A DNA stretch of 63,149 bases, filler included, from Octopus bimaculoides (taxonomy: Eukaryota): the NCBI RefSeq assembly GCF_001194135.2. It is 5 parts of 5 records of this genome, joined end to end, with 100 filler letters (N's around TTAATTAATTAA, not from the genome) between each part and the next. Parts side by side here need not be neighbours in the genome. Positions count along the whole stretch, not along the records: positions 1 to 26,761 come from NC_068990.1; 4 more parts are not named here. One strand, given 5' to 3'. Made by a program: the position numbers and the translations under genes. Within the stretch, counting starts at the first letter, position 1. Every line of letters begins with the position of its first letter. Below the pieces are notes generated by a model that saw only the letters and a list, made by a program, of their open reading frames with translations, ran no database searches and had not been told where the DNA came from. Positions 12,051 through 24,999 of the stretch are shown in pieces.

Positions 12051-13924
12051 ATGCGTGCGTGCACGCAGTTTTTTTGTTATTGAAAACGTGATCAACTATT
12101 CTTTGAAATTATACATAATGCAGAGACAGTGATGAAATAATCGCAGATAGAAGACCTTTAGTAATAGATATGCCATATCAGATTTAACTTGACAACAATA
12201 ACCCAGTATTTATATTACAAAGGAAGAAAAATAGTTACCACGATATCGAACAAAATTCTTTTTACATTCTGCTATAGTATGTTGTTATGGTTGAGTTTAA
12301 ACATCCCTTCCCAGGATTGATGTAATAAGTTCCACCCAAGCAGACATAGTTGTCTGGTACTAGAAGCACGGTTATAATGTTGAGAAGTTTTGGTCATGAC
12401 CGTATGGCTCCGGGTTCGATTCCGTTTCTGTTTTTCTTAGGTGTGTTACTTGTAATGAAATTTCCTATGAAGGCGTCAGTTTGTTTATCAACAATAGGAA
12501 GTAATTTTCATTGATCTCTGAGCTGAGAGTTATCGAATAAATGGCCAGAAAATTTTTAATTTCTATATTCTTTTCGTACAACACTTCCATGTTTCATAAC
12601 TAAAACTTTTGAAAACAAAATATCATAAATGTCTGAAGTTCTATGCGAATTAATTTTTATGAGATAGTGACACATGAAACTTTTCAAACATATTTCGTTG
12701 GTTCTACAAAGAATTTGTGGTCAATTAAACATATAATTACGAGACCGTGTTTCTATTCAATTTAGCGTGATACATAATACAATTAGTTGTATCAACGCTC
12801 ATGTGGAATTTAATTCAAGTTTGAATAATTGCAAGATGTATAAATTTCTAATATTGCACGGTGTGCATCTGCTTTTAATCCTCACATTCTGGTTATTTCT
12901 CTGAACATATCTTTACTTACGGATTAAATTTCAAATCTTACGTATGTACTTATACTTCGAACATAAGGTATTTCTTAAAATTTCCAGTAATACGAATGGT
13001 TAGTGTTTGTGTGACATACCACCTGCTTTCGTGTTTGAACGTGGGAACCTTATGGATCAAGCAGAAAAAGAAAATGAGAAAGTTGACACGGAGTATTCCT
13101 ATTTCAATTGAGATTTTTATAATTCCCCCCTTTCGCGTTATTTGCGGAATTGTTTGCCATTTACTCTTGACCAATTAAATATATCTGCTAATTACTGGGT
13201 TACTAATATTTTCAGGATCTACACGAGGAAACACTCTCAAAATCCTTATCATAGTCAATCAGCCTCACGATTAACCACTTTGTCGTTCTATTACATTCTG
13301 CAATTACGGATTTCTTAATCAATAACTGATTTTTACAGTTATATTAGCCTTTGCCTCTTTCTTTTTTTATTAGCGTCTTTCCGGTTTTTTTTTATTACTT
13401 GTAAGCTTTCTTTCTAATTATCGTGTTATTATTGCAGTTAATGGTTTATAGTTAATTCGAAGGCAGGTTATGGCTCTCTAAGTGTTAGTGCTTGGTGTTC
13501 TCTGTACGCATTTGTTACTGGAGATATACTACATTAATAAGTGGAAGAATATTTCACCTCTGCAAGACGAAGAATACACCATTAAAACCATAATTGTCCC
13601 CAAAAGAAAAGGAAGCTTCTAAGAAAATTCCTTATCCTTTCTGGTGTTTTGCGTTGTTCTGACTCAGTTAACAAATTTGTTTAATTACTATTGATGTTAC
13701 AACCACCTTTTCTAAGTGAGTGACTTTAAAATATTTATAAGAAATAATGCTCATAAGAAAATCGACAAAATTTCATCTCCAAATTTACCTGTAACTATTA
13801 ATATTACATTAAATAAGTACCAGTTGAGGTCGATGTAATTGAATTACCCTTTCACCGAAACTGCTAGATGTTTGCTAGAATTTAAAACCAACATTACAAT
13901 ATAACTACAAATTTCAGCCAAAGA

Positions 13925-14125
13925 ACCCCCGATGTGGTTGATGGCCTTACTTAGAATAGTAGCTAAATCCTCTATATGTCGTACTCTGCCATCCTAAAGA
14001 AAGAGAAAACACATTGATAATGCAAAAGTTGGATACCATACATGGGAAGAAACAAAATCATGAAATAGTTGCGGCTAGAATGTCTTTCAACCAAGACTGA
14101 CTTGGGACTAAACAAGAACTACTAC
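13925..14125 (+). mobile_element. Interspersed repeat family D (SINE-like), degenerate
   Basis: Shares ..ttagaatagtagctaaatcc...acacattgataatg...ctgacttgggactaaacaagaac with the reverse complement of 60931-61125 and with 33905-34090. Confidence 0.5.
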
Positions 14126-15599
14126 TATTGTTACAATGACGTTTTTGGTTGTTTTTCAATTGCTGGTTTATTTTTTTATCTCATATCTCTAGCCTGATCT
14201 TCTGAAGATTTAATTGCTTTATTGTATAATTGGTTCTTTGAGAAAGAATCTGTAAATGGTAATCAGAAAATATAATTAATCAAAAAATAATGTTGCAATA
14301 AAATAGAGACCGTCTGTTCGCATTCGTTTACATTGATCAGATTCTAAGAATGTTTTGTTGCTATTCTTTTTCGCAAATTAATGTTTCTTCCGGGAAAATG
14401 AAGTTGATTTTAAGTGGCTTTTAAATAGGCAGAGATAAAATCGAGAAAATGAAAAGAAATAAAAAAAAAAGAATGGATAATAGAATGAAAGAGCGGCTTC
14501 TAAGCTGTGAATTTGAGTTATCGTAACTATTTGGATTTAAAGACTTGTTCATATTGTGTCAATACTGTAATGATTACATAATTAGTTGAATACCTCAGTG
14601 ATGTTGGTAGTTGTATTACGACCGAGGACCACATCAGAATAGATATTGGAAGCTATACAGTGATTCCGTTGTTTACGGCTTTGAGGCGTGGTTCTTCATA
14701 TCTATCAGCTGCATAGTAATCACAGTTAAATCTAGCAACTGCGAGAACACAACAGTGAGCGCAGCATTCTTTTGAGTCACTGCCACTTCCACCAAGAGTG
14801 AGACTAGTTGGTCATTCAATCTCCTTGAAATGGTAGCCAGATATTCATTAAATCATACCCTCTATTTTAATTTTAAAAAAGCACACATTAGGCAATGCAT
14901 TGTTAGATAACCTTAAAGAACTAACATGATCATTGTTGATATAATTTTCGTTAGGTTGACCAGGAACTGAGCAAGAATAACAGTAATTAGAACAAAGAAC
15001 AAATACTAATATCGGGATCAACCACCATTATTTTATCGCTGAGAAATGACTTCTTTGTCAATGCATGTGGGACATTTGGTCATCCTAGTTATCTCCTAGT
15101 CGTAGTCCCTGTTGCGAATCTGTCACGATAAATTTTAACGAACTCAATGCCCAGCAGAAAAAAACGTCTACGTTCTGAAACAACTACTCTCTATGTACTG
15201 CAATGTGCATCCATACATTTTCGAAACAACAGGCCACGGCACTGCATCCAGGACAGCCGAAAGGGGCTTTGAACTCGTCGTCTATAAGACGGAGACTGTG
15301 TTCATCTCAGAAAATCTTGTTGTGCTGATGGCTACCACATCTACACTTTGTAACACGAGATTCTAGCAGGTGTTTTATTTTTTGGTTTTGTTTTTTATCG
15401 ACATGGACGTCAGACTACGATATTTATACCAGTTAATCTATAATTGGGATACGTAACTTTGAAAAAGCATGGAAAAATCATGTAATATATTGAAGAGTGA
15501 TATAGCTTTGGTGGAATTCTCTACAATCTACATTTATGTGACACATACTACAGGATCAATTCTTACAATTCTCCGGCTGTGCTACGCGCAGTTAATTTT

Positions 15600-16560
15600 A
15601 GCCACGTTTCAGAATCAGTTTCGCGACAATGTATCAATGTTCGGTAGCAACAAATAAAAAGTTCAAGTCGGAACTATTTCGTACGCTCGGTCCACCATCT
15701 CATGTATATCTCATCGATATGTCTTGAAATTTGAGGCTTTTGTTGGTGTTGAATACTTAGCGGGGCATCTTCTTTTTGAGCCAGGAGATCCGAATACTGA
15801 CTACGAATGGCAGGAGATAAAAGGGTACGCATACAAATCGCATGATCTCTTTGAACTTGTACTTGATAAGCTCATAGATTTTAAGTTAATTTGGGATGAC
15901 AACCTCATTCGGTGGACCAAAGATCTGCTTAAGATAGTGAGAATAGTTCGGAACAGACATACTGGTGGATAAAAATTTAAAATTATTTCTTGGGACAAGT
16001 GCCCACTTGGCTCGGTGTCCTTGTCCAAAGAAACATCTAATTGAACTGGATCATTTATTCTTGTGGGGGTTTTTTTTCAAGTGACATTTTCCGCTCCTCT
16101 GAAGCAATAGTTTCGTATATTATCGACACTGCTACAAAGGTATCTAGGGATATTGCAGCTGGTGATGTGCAGATAAGCAATCGTTGAAGAACCTTTGACT
16201 ATGACGACGGTAAACATGTGTGCAGTCGACTTCTAAGGGATACTTTTTCACCCACCTCGTCTCCTGAGACGTTTACAGGATACAAAACAAGAAATACAAT
16301 GAGAGTTTTTTCCAAAATCTCCACCTATGGAAAAGACTATCGCCTTGTTCGTGCTCTTCCTCAACAATGCAACGAATAATAACAGCAACGACCCAGTCTG
16401 GAGTGTCTGAAAATTCTAGCTCCAGTGGTTTGCCTCTTACAACAGCATGTTCTAAGTATGAGAGATATATACACAAGAAGGAAATAGAAAAGACGTGTCG
16501 ACGATGTGAAACAGCGGACTGGTTAAACACTTGAAGATAATGCAGCGTAAAGGCCTCAAA
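15600..16560 (+). mobile_element. Heavily decayed piggyBac-like transposase relic
   Basis: Collinear fragments across frames: FEAFVGVEYLAG (cf. ExxAFxGLxYLAG), LIWDDNLIR (cf. LRFDDxxTR), LVDKNLKLFLG/KCPL..SK..FILV (cf. TVDExLxxFRGxCPF..PSKP..F.LVD) and TTACSKYERYIHKKEIEKTCRRCET at 16439-16513 (cf. C-terminal cysteine-rich domain). No TIRs found. Confidence 0.5.
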
Positions 16561-16793
16561 TATCAGTAAAATAATCAATAAAGTTTAAACGATGTTAAAA
16601 CACCTGCACATTCTAATTTCTTCTCATATTTTTCTACATTAATTTCTCCAGCCATTTCTTATTCTCTTCCTTCTTTAAAAAAAAGATATTCATTTTTATT
16701 TTATCAGAAAAAGAAAAAAAAAAAAGATTTTTCTTTCAGTTAACTATTTTTGATATTGTTCTTAGTGTTGATGATGCAAAGTTTGTTGTTGTT

Positions 16794-16824
<31 letters not shown>

Positions 16825-16849
16825 TTGATGAGGATGATGATGATGATAA

Positions 16850-17045
16850 CCAAGATTCTAATTTAAGCACAAAGCTTAACATTAAGGTGCGGGAGTTAGC
16901 TGATATCACCCACCCCAGGATTTGACTGGTACTTTATTTTATAGACGCCGAAAGAATGAAAAGCATGGCTGACTTCGGCAGGATTTGAAGTTAGAATATA
17001 AAGAGCCGGAAGAAATATTCAAGGAACTTTTTCCGACGCTGCTTT
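16850..17045 (-). mobile_element. SINE family A, degenerate
   Basis: actggtactttatttt..gaaagaatgaaaagcatggctgacttcggcaggatttgaagttagaat is the reverse complement of the family A body. Confidence 0.7.
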
Positions 17046-17346
17046 AATATATTTAAGAGTTGTATTTAAATGGTAATTGCTTCGCTTTAAGTAAACATTA
17101 CTAAACCAGGTCTGATAAAATAAATAAATAAATGAAAAGAAGTGGAAAACTATTCAGGAGCAAACTTGTTAAACCAAATACAGGAGAAATGTCTATGGCT
17201 GGAATCTTAGCTAGTATGCTAATTAGTAGAGCGTGAGTGGTTCGCAACTATTAAATTATAAATGTAATGAAATAAGTCAACAAAGATTGGTAGTAAGGTA
17301 TTAACATATGGACCGATTAACATTTTGCATATGTTATGTAATTACA

Positions 17347-17545
17347 TATTGGCTTCAAATTTTGGTATAAAGCCAGCGGGTTCTGGGGTGAGGTGGAATT
17401 TAAGTCAATTACATCGATCACAGTCCTCAACTGGTATATATTTTATCGACCCTGAAAAGATGAAAGCAAAGTCTACCTCGGCGGAATTTGAATTCAAAGC
17501 GTAAACCCGGACGAAATGCTGCTAAGCATTTTTTCCAGTCTACCT
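17347..17545 (-). mobile_element. SINE family A (left member of inverted pair)
   Basis: Reverse complement of family A: ..atcgaccctgaaaagatgaaagcaaagtctacctcggcggaatttgaattcaaagcgtaaa.. Confidence 0.85.
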
Positions 17546-17572
17546 GGAGTCATAATATTATAAACGAATTAA

Positions 17573-17785
17573 AGGCGGTAAGCTGGTAGAATCGTTAGCA
17601 AACATTCTTAGCGGCATTTCGACCGTCTTTATGTTCTGAGTTCAAATTCCACCGAAGTCGGCTTTGCCTTTATTTCCTTCAGGGTCAATAAAATATGTAT
17701 CTGTTGAGTACCGGAATCGATATAATCGGCTTACTCCTTCCTTAAAATTGCTGGCCCTGGGCGAAAATTTGAAGCTAACATTATA
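17573..17785 (+). mobile_element. SINE family A (right member of inverted pair)
   Basis: aggcggtaagctggtagaatcgttagc..ttctgagttcaaattccaccgaagtcggctttgccttt.. Confidence 0.85.
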
Positions 17786-18647
17786 ATGGAAATAATTAGC
17801 ATGTGAAGACTAGTTGAACTAATAAATCATACCCATGTAGTCATTGTGAATCAAACTAAGTACAAACGAAGGAAAGATTTGAAGAAAATTTGGACATAAA
17901 ACATTTCATATCGCAACGTGAAAACGAAAACAAAATAGAACAGATATAAAATAAAAGAGATTTCTTGTTAAGACTTTTTCCTTGTAGGCTTGAAACTATC
18001 ATTTCTCACGTTCTGCTCCAAACTAACGCTGAAGGCAACACAGATCATCTGTGTGTATCAGCCGTTGGAGTTTTCGCCATAGAACTAATATGTGATCACG
18101 CATTTCGTTTCCTAGGTCTTGAAGTGTAAATTAATTTTGTCACAAATAATACATTTCTACAGCTTAAGATATGAACTTCACGATTAAAGATATAAAACTT
18201 GCCACCAAATTGGTATATATTGTAATGGCCGCCTAACCAAAGGTGAATGGATTGTGACATTATGAATGCACTGAGCTCAGTTAATATTCATTTAATAATT
18301 AATGATTAATGACTGTAAACATAGGGACAAGACGCATGTTTGTGACATGGTGGTAGTTCATTAAATCGAATCCAGTATTTGACTGCAATTCATTTCAATC
18401 GACCTCAGTGGGATGAACAGCAAAATAGAGACCAGCTGTATTTGAGCTCAAATAACATAAACTTAATTAAACACACTCATTCATTTTATCTGAAATACTA
18501 CAGATGAAGCTATCCACTAGACTGAATGTGATTTAATTTTCAAGAAGTGAATTCTTTGAAGATATACTTAACTATTATCAGGTTGAAAATATTATGTATA
18601 TCTTTCACTTGAGTTAAATTGCAAAATCATCTTTTGAAGAATATCAG

Positions 18648-18708
18648 GTGTGCGAGAAGATATATCAGCTTTCATAGAGAAAATAATGCGAATCGATCGA
18701 GAGTTTTC
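18648..18708 (+). CDS. Candidate internal exon, unknown product
   Basis: atatcag|GTGTGCG...GAGTTTTC|gtatgt; 61 nt, open as (G)VREDISAFIEKIMRIDREF(S). Splice motifs only, no homology recognised. Confidence 0.25.
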
Positions 18709-20199
18709 GTATGTGGATGCGATTTTCAATAGAAACCAAGTAGAAATACAACTTTTATCTTTGTTACAAAGAAAACATTTGAAATGTCTCGAAAACCATT
18801 GCTCGTTCTAATGTTAAGTTATATTATTGTCAGTGATCTGCTAATGGGTTAAGTATATACGTAAACACGTTTCAAACTTTTCTTAGTTTCACAAGACATT
18901 ATCATCAATTGTTTAAATGCACACTTACAGTAGAGACATAAAACTGAGGAGAGCAGTGTATTACAATCAACAATACCAAGGTAACGGAAACTATATTGGT
19001 CGTGAATTGTGTAAAGAACGGTGAGCTTTGAAAGACCGCTCGTCTGAAAGCAACCTTTGGAATATTAGTAGAACAAAAGATAAAGCCACTCTTTTCTGAT
19101 GCCGGCCTTAATGCAACGACTTTTATCGATTATTGCTGAATGGTCCACAACGACTTAATTTGTACAGTAGTGGTAATATTTGTAAATATTCTATTGGTAT
19201 AACTAGTTAGGTTAGTATGACTGATGCTATTAGAAATAACAGAGATTGCAGTGTCGTGGATAGATATGTCTGTAGACCTTATAGCTAATTTTATAACATT
19301 GAAATATATTTTACTTTCGTTTTTGTATCTGATTTGCAAGATTCTTGTCTCGAACTTGTGTGTTGAAATGTAGGTTGTTGTGTCTCTGGAGGTTCATTAT
19401 GTCAACAATAAATATATGGGCTAGTTCCAGTTCACTTTTTTATTTAGGGCTGGTTAACTATTTAATCAATTAATTAACTGTTTGTTTAAATCCTCGGTCA
19501 GTCAATCAATCAATTAGTTAGGTTTGTCAAAGTCCTTTCATCATCATTCATGAACTCATTATTGACATGCCATCTCTATTTAGTTAAAATTTCAACAATA
19601 GTGTCTGAGCAAACAAATGACGACTTAAGTCGAGAAATAGTAAAATCAAAAAAGGTCACAAAAATGGAATAAATTATATTTTCGTGAAGACATATGGACG
19701 TCAAGCAATTCGAGCACAACATTTCATGCAAGGGAGATAGCATGTGATTAGAAAGACAAGGTGAGTAGTACGAAAAGTAGGAATACAATTAACAAGAAAG
19801 AGTAAAGAAAGAAGTGGAATAAGAGAAGGTTAGTATTAGTAGGAGTGGTAACGATCAAAGTGAGCAGAAAATCATCAGAAACGCGGTCAGATTTCAAAAC
19901 TGATAAAAGAGAGTTTAAGGTGACCAAAATATTTCCACATATACACACCTGCATAAAAATGCACGTACACAAACACACACATACATACATATATTACACA
20001 AATGCACACATGATAGACATAAAGCCTTTTTCATAATATACATACCCAACTCTTTCTGTCTTTTCCTCTCACTGTACATACACACATACACACACGATCG
20101 CGCTCGCACACACACAAACAAACACACACAAAAACACGTACACACACACACACACACGATGGGTGCAACTCGATCTCGAGCGAGACTATCATTTGAGAC

Positions 20200-20690
20200 C
20201 TAGTTGGGGATTTTCAGACCTATGAAGGACCACAAGTATGTCGACAGCCGATGCTTCTTGAGCTCACCACCCACGCTGACACCTGCCTTCATTCTATCAA
20301 GAAATTACTCATTGAATGCTCCTCTTCTTCCGGCTTCAGGTTACTGTTGCCTGCAATTCAGAATAAATATGTTAATAGAGATCTTAAGCGATGCTTAGTG
20401 GGGAAAGGCCTTGAAGAGAGAGCCAGTCCCACTTTCCAAACAGTGTTAGCATTAACACCAAAAGAAGAACTAGATTACATATTTGGATGCAGACGAAATT
20501 GCAGGAGTTACATCAGAGATTCCCCTCCCTTAGAGACATGCCTAAACAAAGACTAAGGAGTCCCTCGCTTCCAGCTGTTGGATGGATGGTAACTCTCGTT
20601 CATCCACCCTTCGAGGGGTTTTGTTCTTTTTTGGCCTGCGGGCCGTCCAACGAAAACACTCTTCTTAACTCCTAATATTTTCTGTTGCCT
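20200..20690 (+). mobile_element. Possible old CR1/L2-group LINE C-terminal relic
   Basis: ORF LIECSSSSGFRLLLPAIQNK..KRCLVGKGL..YIFGC weakly echoes the L2-group EYCxHxWxG..LLDxIQ..LVGxxL..YYFGxC tail. Confidence 0.35.
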
Positions 20691-21089
20691 TACCTTTGCA
20701 ATTTACTATATAGCGAGGCAAATTTGAAACTACCAATGTATTTCAGTTGTAATGACTGAAGATAATCTTTCGGCGAAAAAGTTTGTTACGTAACCGCATG
20801 AAACATGTGTTGTAAATGCATTCCAAATGATGCCAGTTATTGTTTTTTTTTATTGTTGCTCAAATATTATGTAGACAGGTTTATAATAATCTAGCCGATA
20901 CTTGCATGGATTATACGATGACGATCCAACACGCGATTAAGGCTGGAATGTTGATCTAAACACTGAATCTGAAATATTTGGTAAGGATCAACAACAAAAG
21001 TACTCCGTCTAGTGAGATATAAATATTATTTAATAAAAACAATTTTTATGCGCAACCATTAGTTACATGTGATGAAAATATCTCAGTCA

Positions 21090-21215
21090 GTATTTATCAA
21101 CACGTTTGTTGCCTTAGAGCAATCTTCAGGCAAAACTATGATGTCCGAGATGCTATCATCGTGTGAAACTAATAATAGTACATAAAAACATATACTGTCT
21201 TTATTAAATAATATA
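21090..21215 (-). mobile_element. Penelope-like element terminal-repeat remnant with degenerate hammerhead motif
   Basis: Minus strand: gcCTGAAGA-TTGC-tctaag-GCAA-CAAA-cgtg-TT, next to a (TA)n tract. Confidence 0.5.
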
Positions 21216-21257
21216 TATATGTATATATGAGCGAGTATGTATGTGTGTATATGTGTA

Positions 21258-21340
<83 letters not shown>

Positions 21341-21365
21341 GTATATATATATACTTATATATATT
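21215..21365. repeat. (TA)n microsatellite
   Basis: Direct inspection. Confidence 0.97.
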
Positions 21366-21842
21366 TGACCATATTTACACACACACATGTACGTTTATAT
21401 ATTTATATGTGTGTATGTGTGTATGCGTGCGTATGTGTGTGTCCGTGTGTGTGTACGCACGTTTACTTTTGTTATCATATGTAAATGTTATTTCAGCTTC
21501 ATTGCTCGTACTGCAAATGTTGACAATTTATAATTCAAAACCCTATGGACAGATCTTTATAGTTCATTCTTTGGATCTAATTTTTCTAGTGTTTTCCACT
21601 GTATATCTTCTCTATATTACAAGACACATACTTTGTGTGATCATTTGTCTACGCTTCTCTATAATCTTTGTTATATCATGGCTGCTTAATTTAATCCCTC
21701 TGATTACCTCTGTTAGCTTTCATTGTCATCTCGTTATTTTCCTTCATTTTTATTAAATATTTTCCTGTTGCTACTAATGATATCCTTTCCCATTGTAAAG
21801 TATTAATGTTTTGTTGAGTTTTACTTACTTGTTTCTTTTCAG

Positions 21843-21896
21843 AACTAACACCGCTTTGATGTTGTTATTTCAAGAAGCGTCAAACAAGGCCAAAAT
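21843..21896 (+). CDS. Candidate 54-nt internal exon, unknown product
   Basis: Strong acceptor ttacttacttgtttcttttcag and donor AT|gtatgt. Only one frame is open: TNTALMLLFQEASNKAK. Confidence 0.3.
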
Positions 21897-22153
21897 GTAT
21901 GTTTATGCACGAGCATATGCTTTCAAAAAGTGGTTTCTGCTTATGAAACTCTCCGAATGAATGAATACCATATCAAAGCTTATACATTTTTATCTCTATT
22001 TTACTCATATTCATAGAAATCAACAGCAAAAAGCGAGAGTTTCATTGTGTAAGAAATATATCAACATAACAGAATTTACTGTCACGACCTGGAATATTGT
22101 TTTCTGTGATATCTTAATTGTGACACTATTTTATTGTAGGAAGCATGTAGTAA

Positions 22154-22345
<192 letters not shown>

Positions 22346-23632
22346 TTCACATACGCTTTTGTTATATCAATCGAGGGTTAATTTCTTCCTATTTCTTTCA
22401 GTGAGTATGACTGAAGATAATAAAACCTATCAAGAAAAATATCTTAACTTTCTCCACACGAAATAGTCATTCAGATCACGGAAGAATATACATACATACA
22501 TACATACATACATACATACATACATACATACATACATGTATACATACAAGCGTTCATATGCAAACACGCACACTCACACACACGCACACTCACACACACA
22601 CATATGCATGTTGGTATGTAGGTAGTATGTGTGTATACGGTTGTATGTATAGATAAATAGATAGGCATATAAACAGATAAGTAGGTAGATAGAATGGTGA
22701 TGGGTGTACGTATCAGAGCTGCCTTCTACCTATTCAGTTTCAGATTAATTAGAAGTCAAAGCATGTCACATAAGATGTGATATAAATATCAGAGTAGAAG
22801 AACAAGTGGCAACTGGAGGTGACCGGGCTATGTTGAGCATAACTGCTTCAAATTCTTTTCGCTTAATGAATAATATCAATAGTTCAGAACTTAATATCCT
22901 GCAGAAGTTACATAGGCTGACGATCTAAATAGTGTCGTAGAAAATGTTGAAAAACTTCTAAAATAGTTGAAGACATTGAATAAAATCTTGGCGCTGTGAT
23001 TGTGGTTGTTGCTTTTTACTTAATGAATATAGAGGGAGAAACAGTGCTGAAGCATTTGTAGGCCCTCCTACACTAGTGAGATTGAAAGCAATAATGTTTC
23101 TTTTGAAACATTTGTAAGTTTCAACATCTGTCAGAAAGATATGAGCAGAAACATACATTTATTATACTTAACATGCACGCGCGCGCGCACACAAACAAAG
23201 TCAATTTAAAAAAAAGCAGAATGAAAAGGGAAAAGAGACCTGGGCTGAATGCTTGACACAAGCAAACCCCGCTAAGAGCACGCAATGGATAGCATCATGA
23301 GCCTTTCACAAAAATAGTAGGTGCCCTTCTACTCCTACCTCTCCATATATTGCGAGTTTCAAGTTCATTTCAAAGTATTTGAATAGTAAGTGGTGAGTTT
23401 GCTTCACATATGGGGGAAAATGTTTATACTTGGATAACTTAAGGGAATGGAATCCGTTGGGAAACAACATGGTCTAAAGTTTCTGTAAGATTGTCTGTAT
23501 GTTTGCATGTATATATGTATGTATGTATGTATGTATGCATGTATGCATGCATGTATGTATGTATGTATGTATGTGTGTATGTATGTATGCGTGTATGTGT
23601 GTATGTATGTTTGTATGTATGTATGTATGTAT

Positions 23633-23731
23633 GTCATTCAGTTTATTTCAAGATTTTTGCTAAAGAACCAGTTTCTAATCTAGACCGAATGGTCCTTCAT
23701 TGGAATTTCAACATCAACAAGAGGATATTTT
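23633..23731 (-). mobile_element. 3' UTR fragment of the (TACA)-tailed Dong-like LINE
   Basis: Reverse complement of gttgatgttgaaattccaatgaagga..tagattagaaactggttctttagc-aaaaatcttgaaataaactgaatgac; matches 31537-31590 and 47443-47557. Confidence 0.8.
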
Positions 23732-23760
23732 TGTATGTATGTATGTATGTATGTATGTGT

Positions 23761-24143
23761 GGAGGCGCAATGGCCTAGTGGTTAGGGCAGCGGACTCGCG
23801 GTCATAGGATCGCGGTTTCGATTCCCAGACCGGGCGTTGTGAGTGTTTATTGAGCGAAAACACCTAAAGCTCCACGAGGCTCCGGCAGGAGATGGTGGCG
23901 AACCCTGCTGTACTCTTTCATCACAACTTTCTCTCACTCTTACTTCCTGTTTCTGTTGCGCCTGTCATTCAAAGGGTCAGCCTTGTCACACTGTGTCACG
24001 CTGAATATCCCCGAGAACTACGTTAAGGGTACACGTGTCTGTGGAGTGCTCAGCCACTTGGACGTTAATTTCACGAGCAGGCTGTTCCGTTGATCGGATC
24101 AACTGAAACCCTCGACGTCGTAAGCGATGGAGTGCCAACAACA
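23761..24143 (+). mobile_element. tRNA-derived SINE family C, full length, embedded in (TATG)n
   Basis: 5' GGAGGCGCAATGGCCTAGTGGTTAGGGCAGCGGACTCGCGG..GGTTTCGATTCCC tRNA-like head with A and B boxes; ends gagtgccaacaaca. Near-identical to the reverse complement of 30654-31036. Confidence 0.9.
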
Positions 24144-24999
24144 AATGTATGCATGTATGCTTGTTAGTAGGTAGGTGGGTAGGTAGGTAGGTAGGTACGG
24201 TATGTATAAATTCATGTATGCATATATGTATGTATATATGCATATATGTATGTATGTATGTACTATGTATGTATGTATGTATGTATGTATGTGTATGTAC
24301 GTGTGTATGTATATATGGATGTATGTGCGTATGTGTGTGCTTGGCTTCATTGAGGCAATGGCCATTAGTATGTAAGTATTTTAAAACAGTACTGAACAGT
24401 GAAAGATAGTTACATTTCTAAGTTAGCAAACATAGTTACTGAAACGGGTACCTACATAGATAAGGAATAGATAATAAAGTCGGTTGATAAACATATGTCT
24501 TCTCGTTTACACTTCCGTCAACAACTGTTTCAATTGTTGTCCTCCACTTTAGTACACCTATACTAAAGGATCATTATGCAGAACACATTGTATTCTGAGC
24601 ACATTTTAGCAATTAACTCATGTAGAGCTTGTCACGCTTGTGCAATTTGATTTTGATTTGATTTCTCTTTATTAGATCGCAAAATAATTTATTTATTATA
24701 TAAAGCTGAGATTGGTGACTTCCATCCAAATCACTTTAGATTGTCGGGTTCATCATGGCAATTAGATAGAAGTGAGAAATAGAGGCATGAGACTGCGTTC
24801 TTAAGCATGAACGAGCCGACAAATAATGTTTTACATTTCCATATATTTATGACACCAGACAGTTGTATTTAAATGTGTACAACGAATTAACTGTATTGAA
24901 AGACATACGTATTATCGTGTATGCGATAAATAAACTTTTACACTGCATGATATAGAAATAGTGTAATAACAGCTAATACCTTTATGTAATGAATTTTTC

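Noticed and set aside
23761-23835. tRNA-like sequence
   Set aside because: It is the head of SINE family C, continuing into a 380-bp repeated body; not a standalone tRNA gene.
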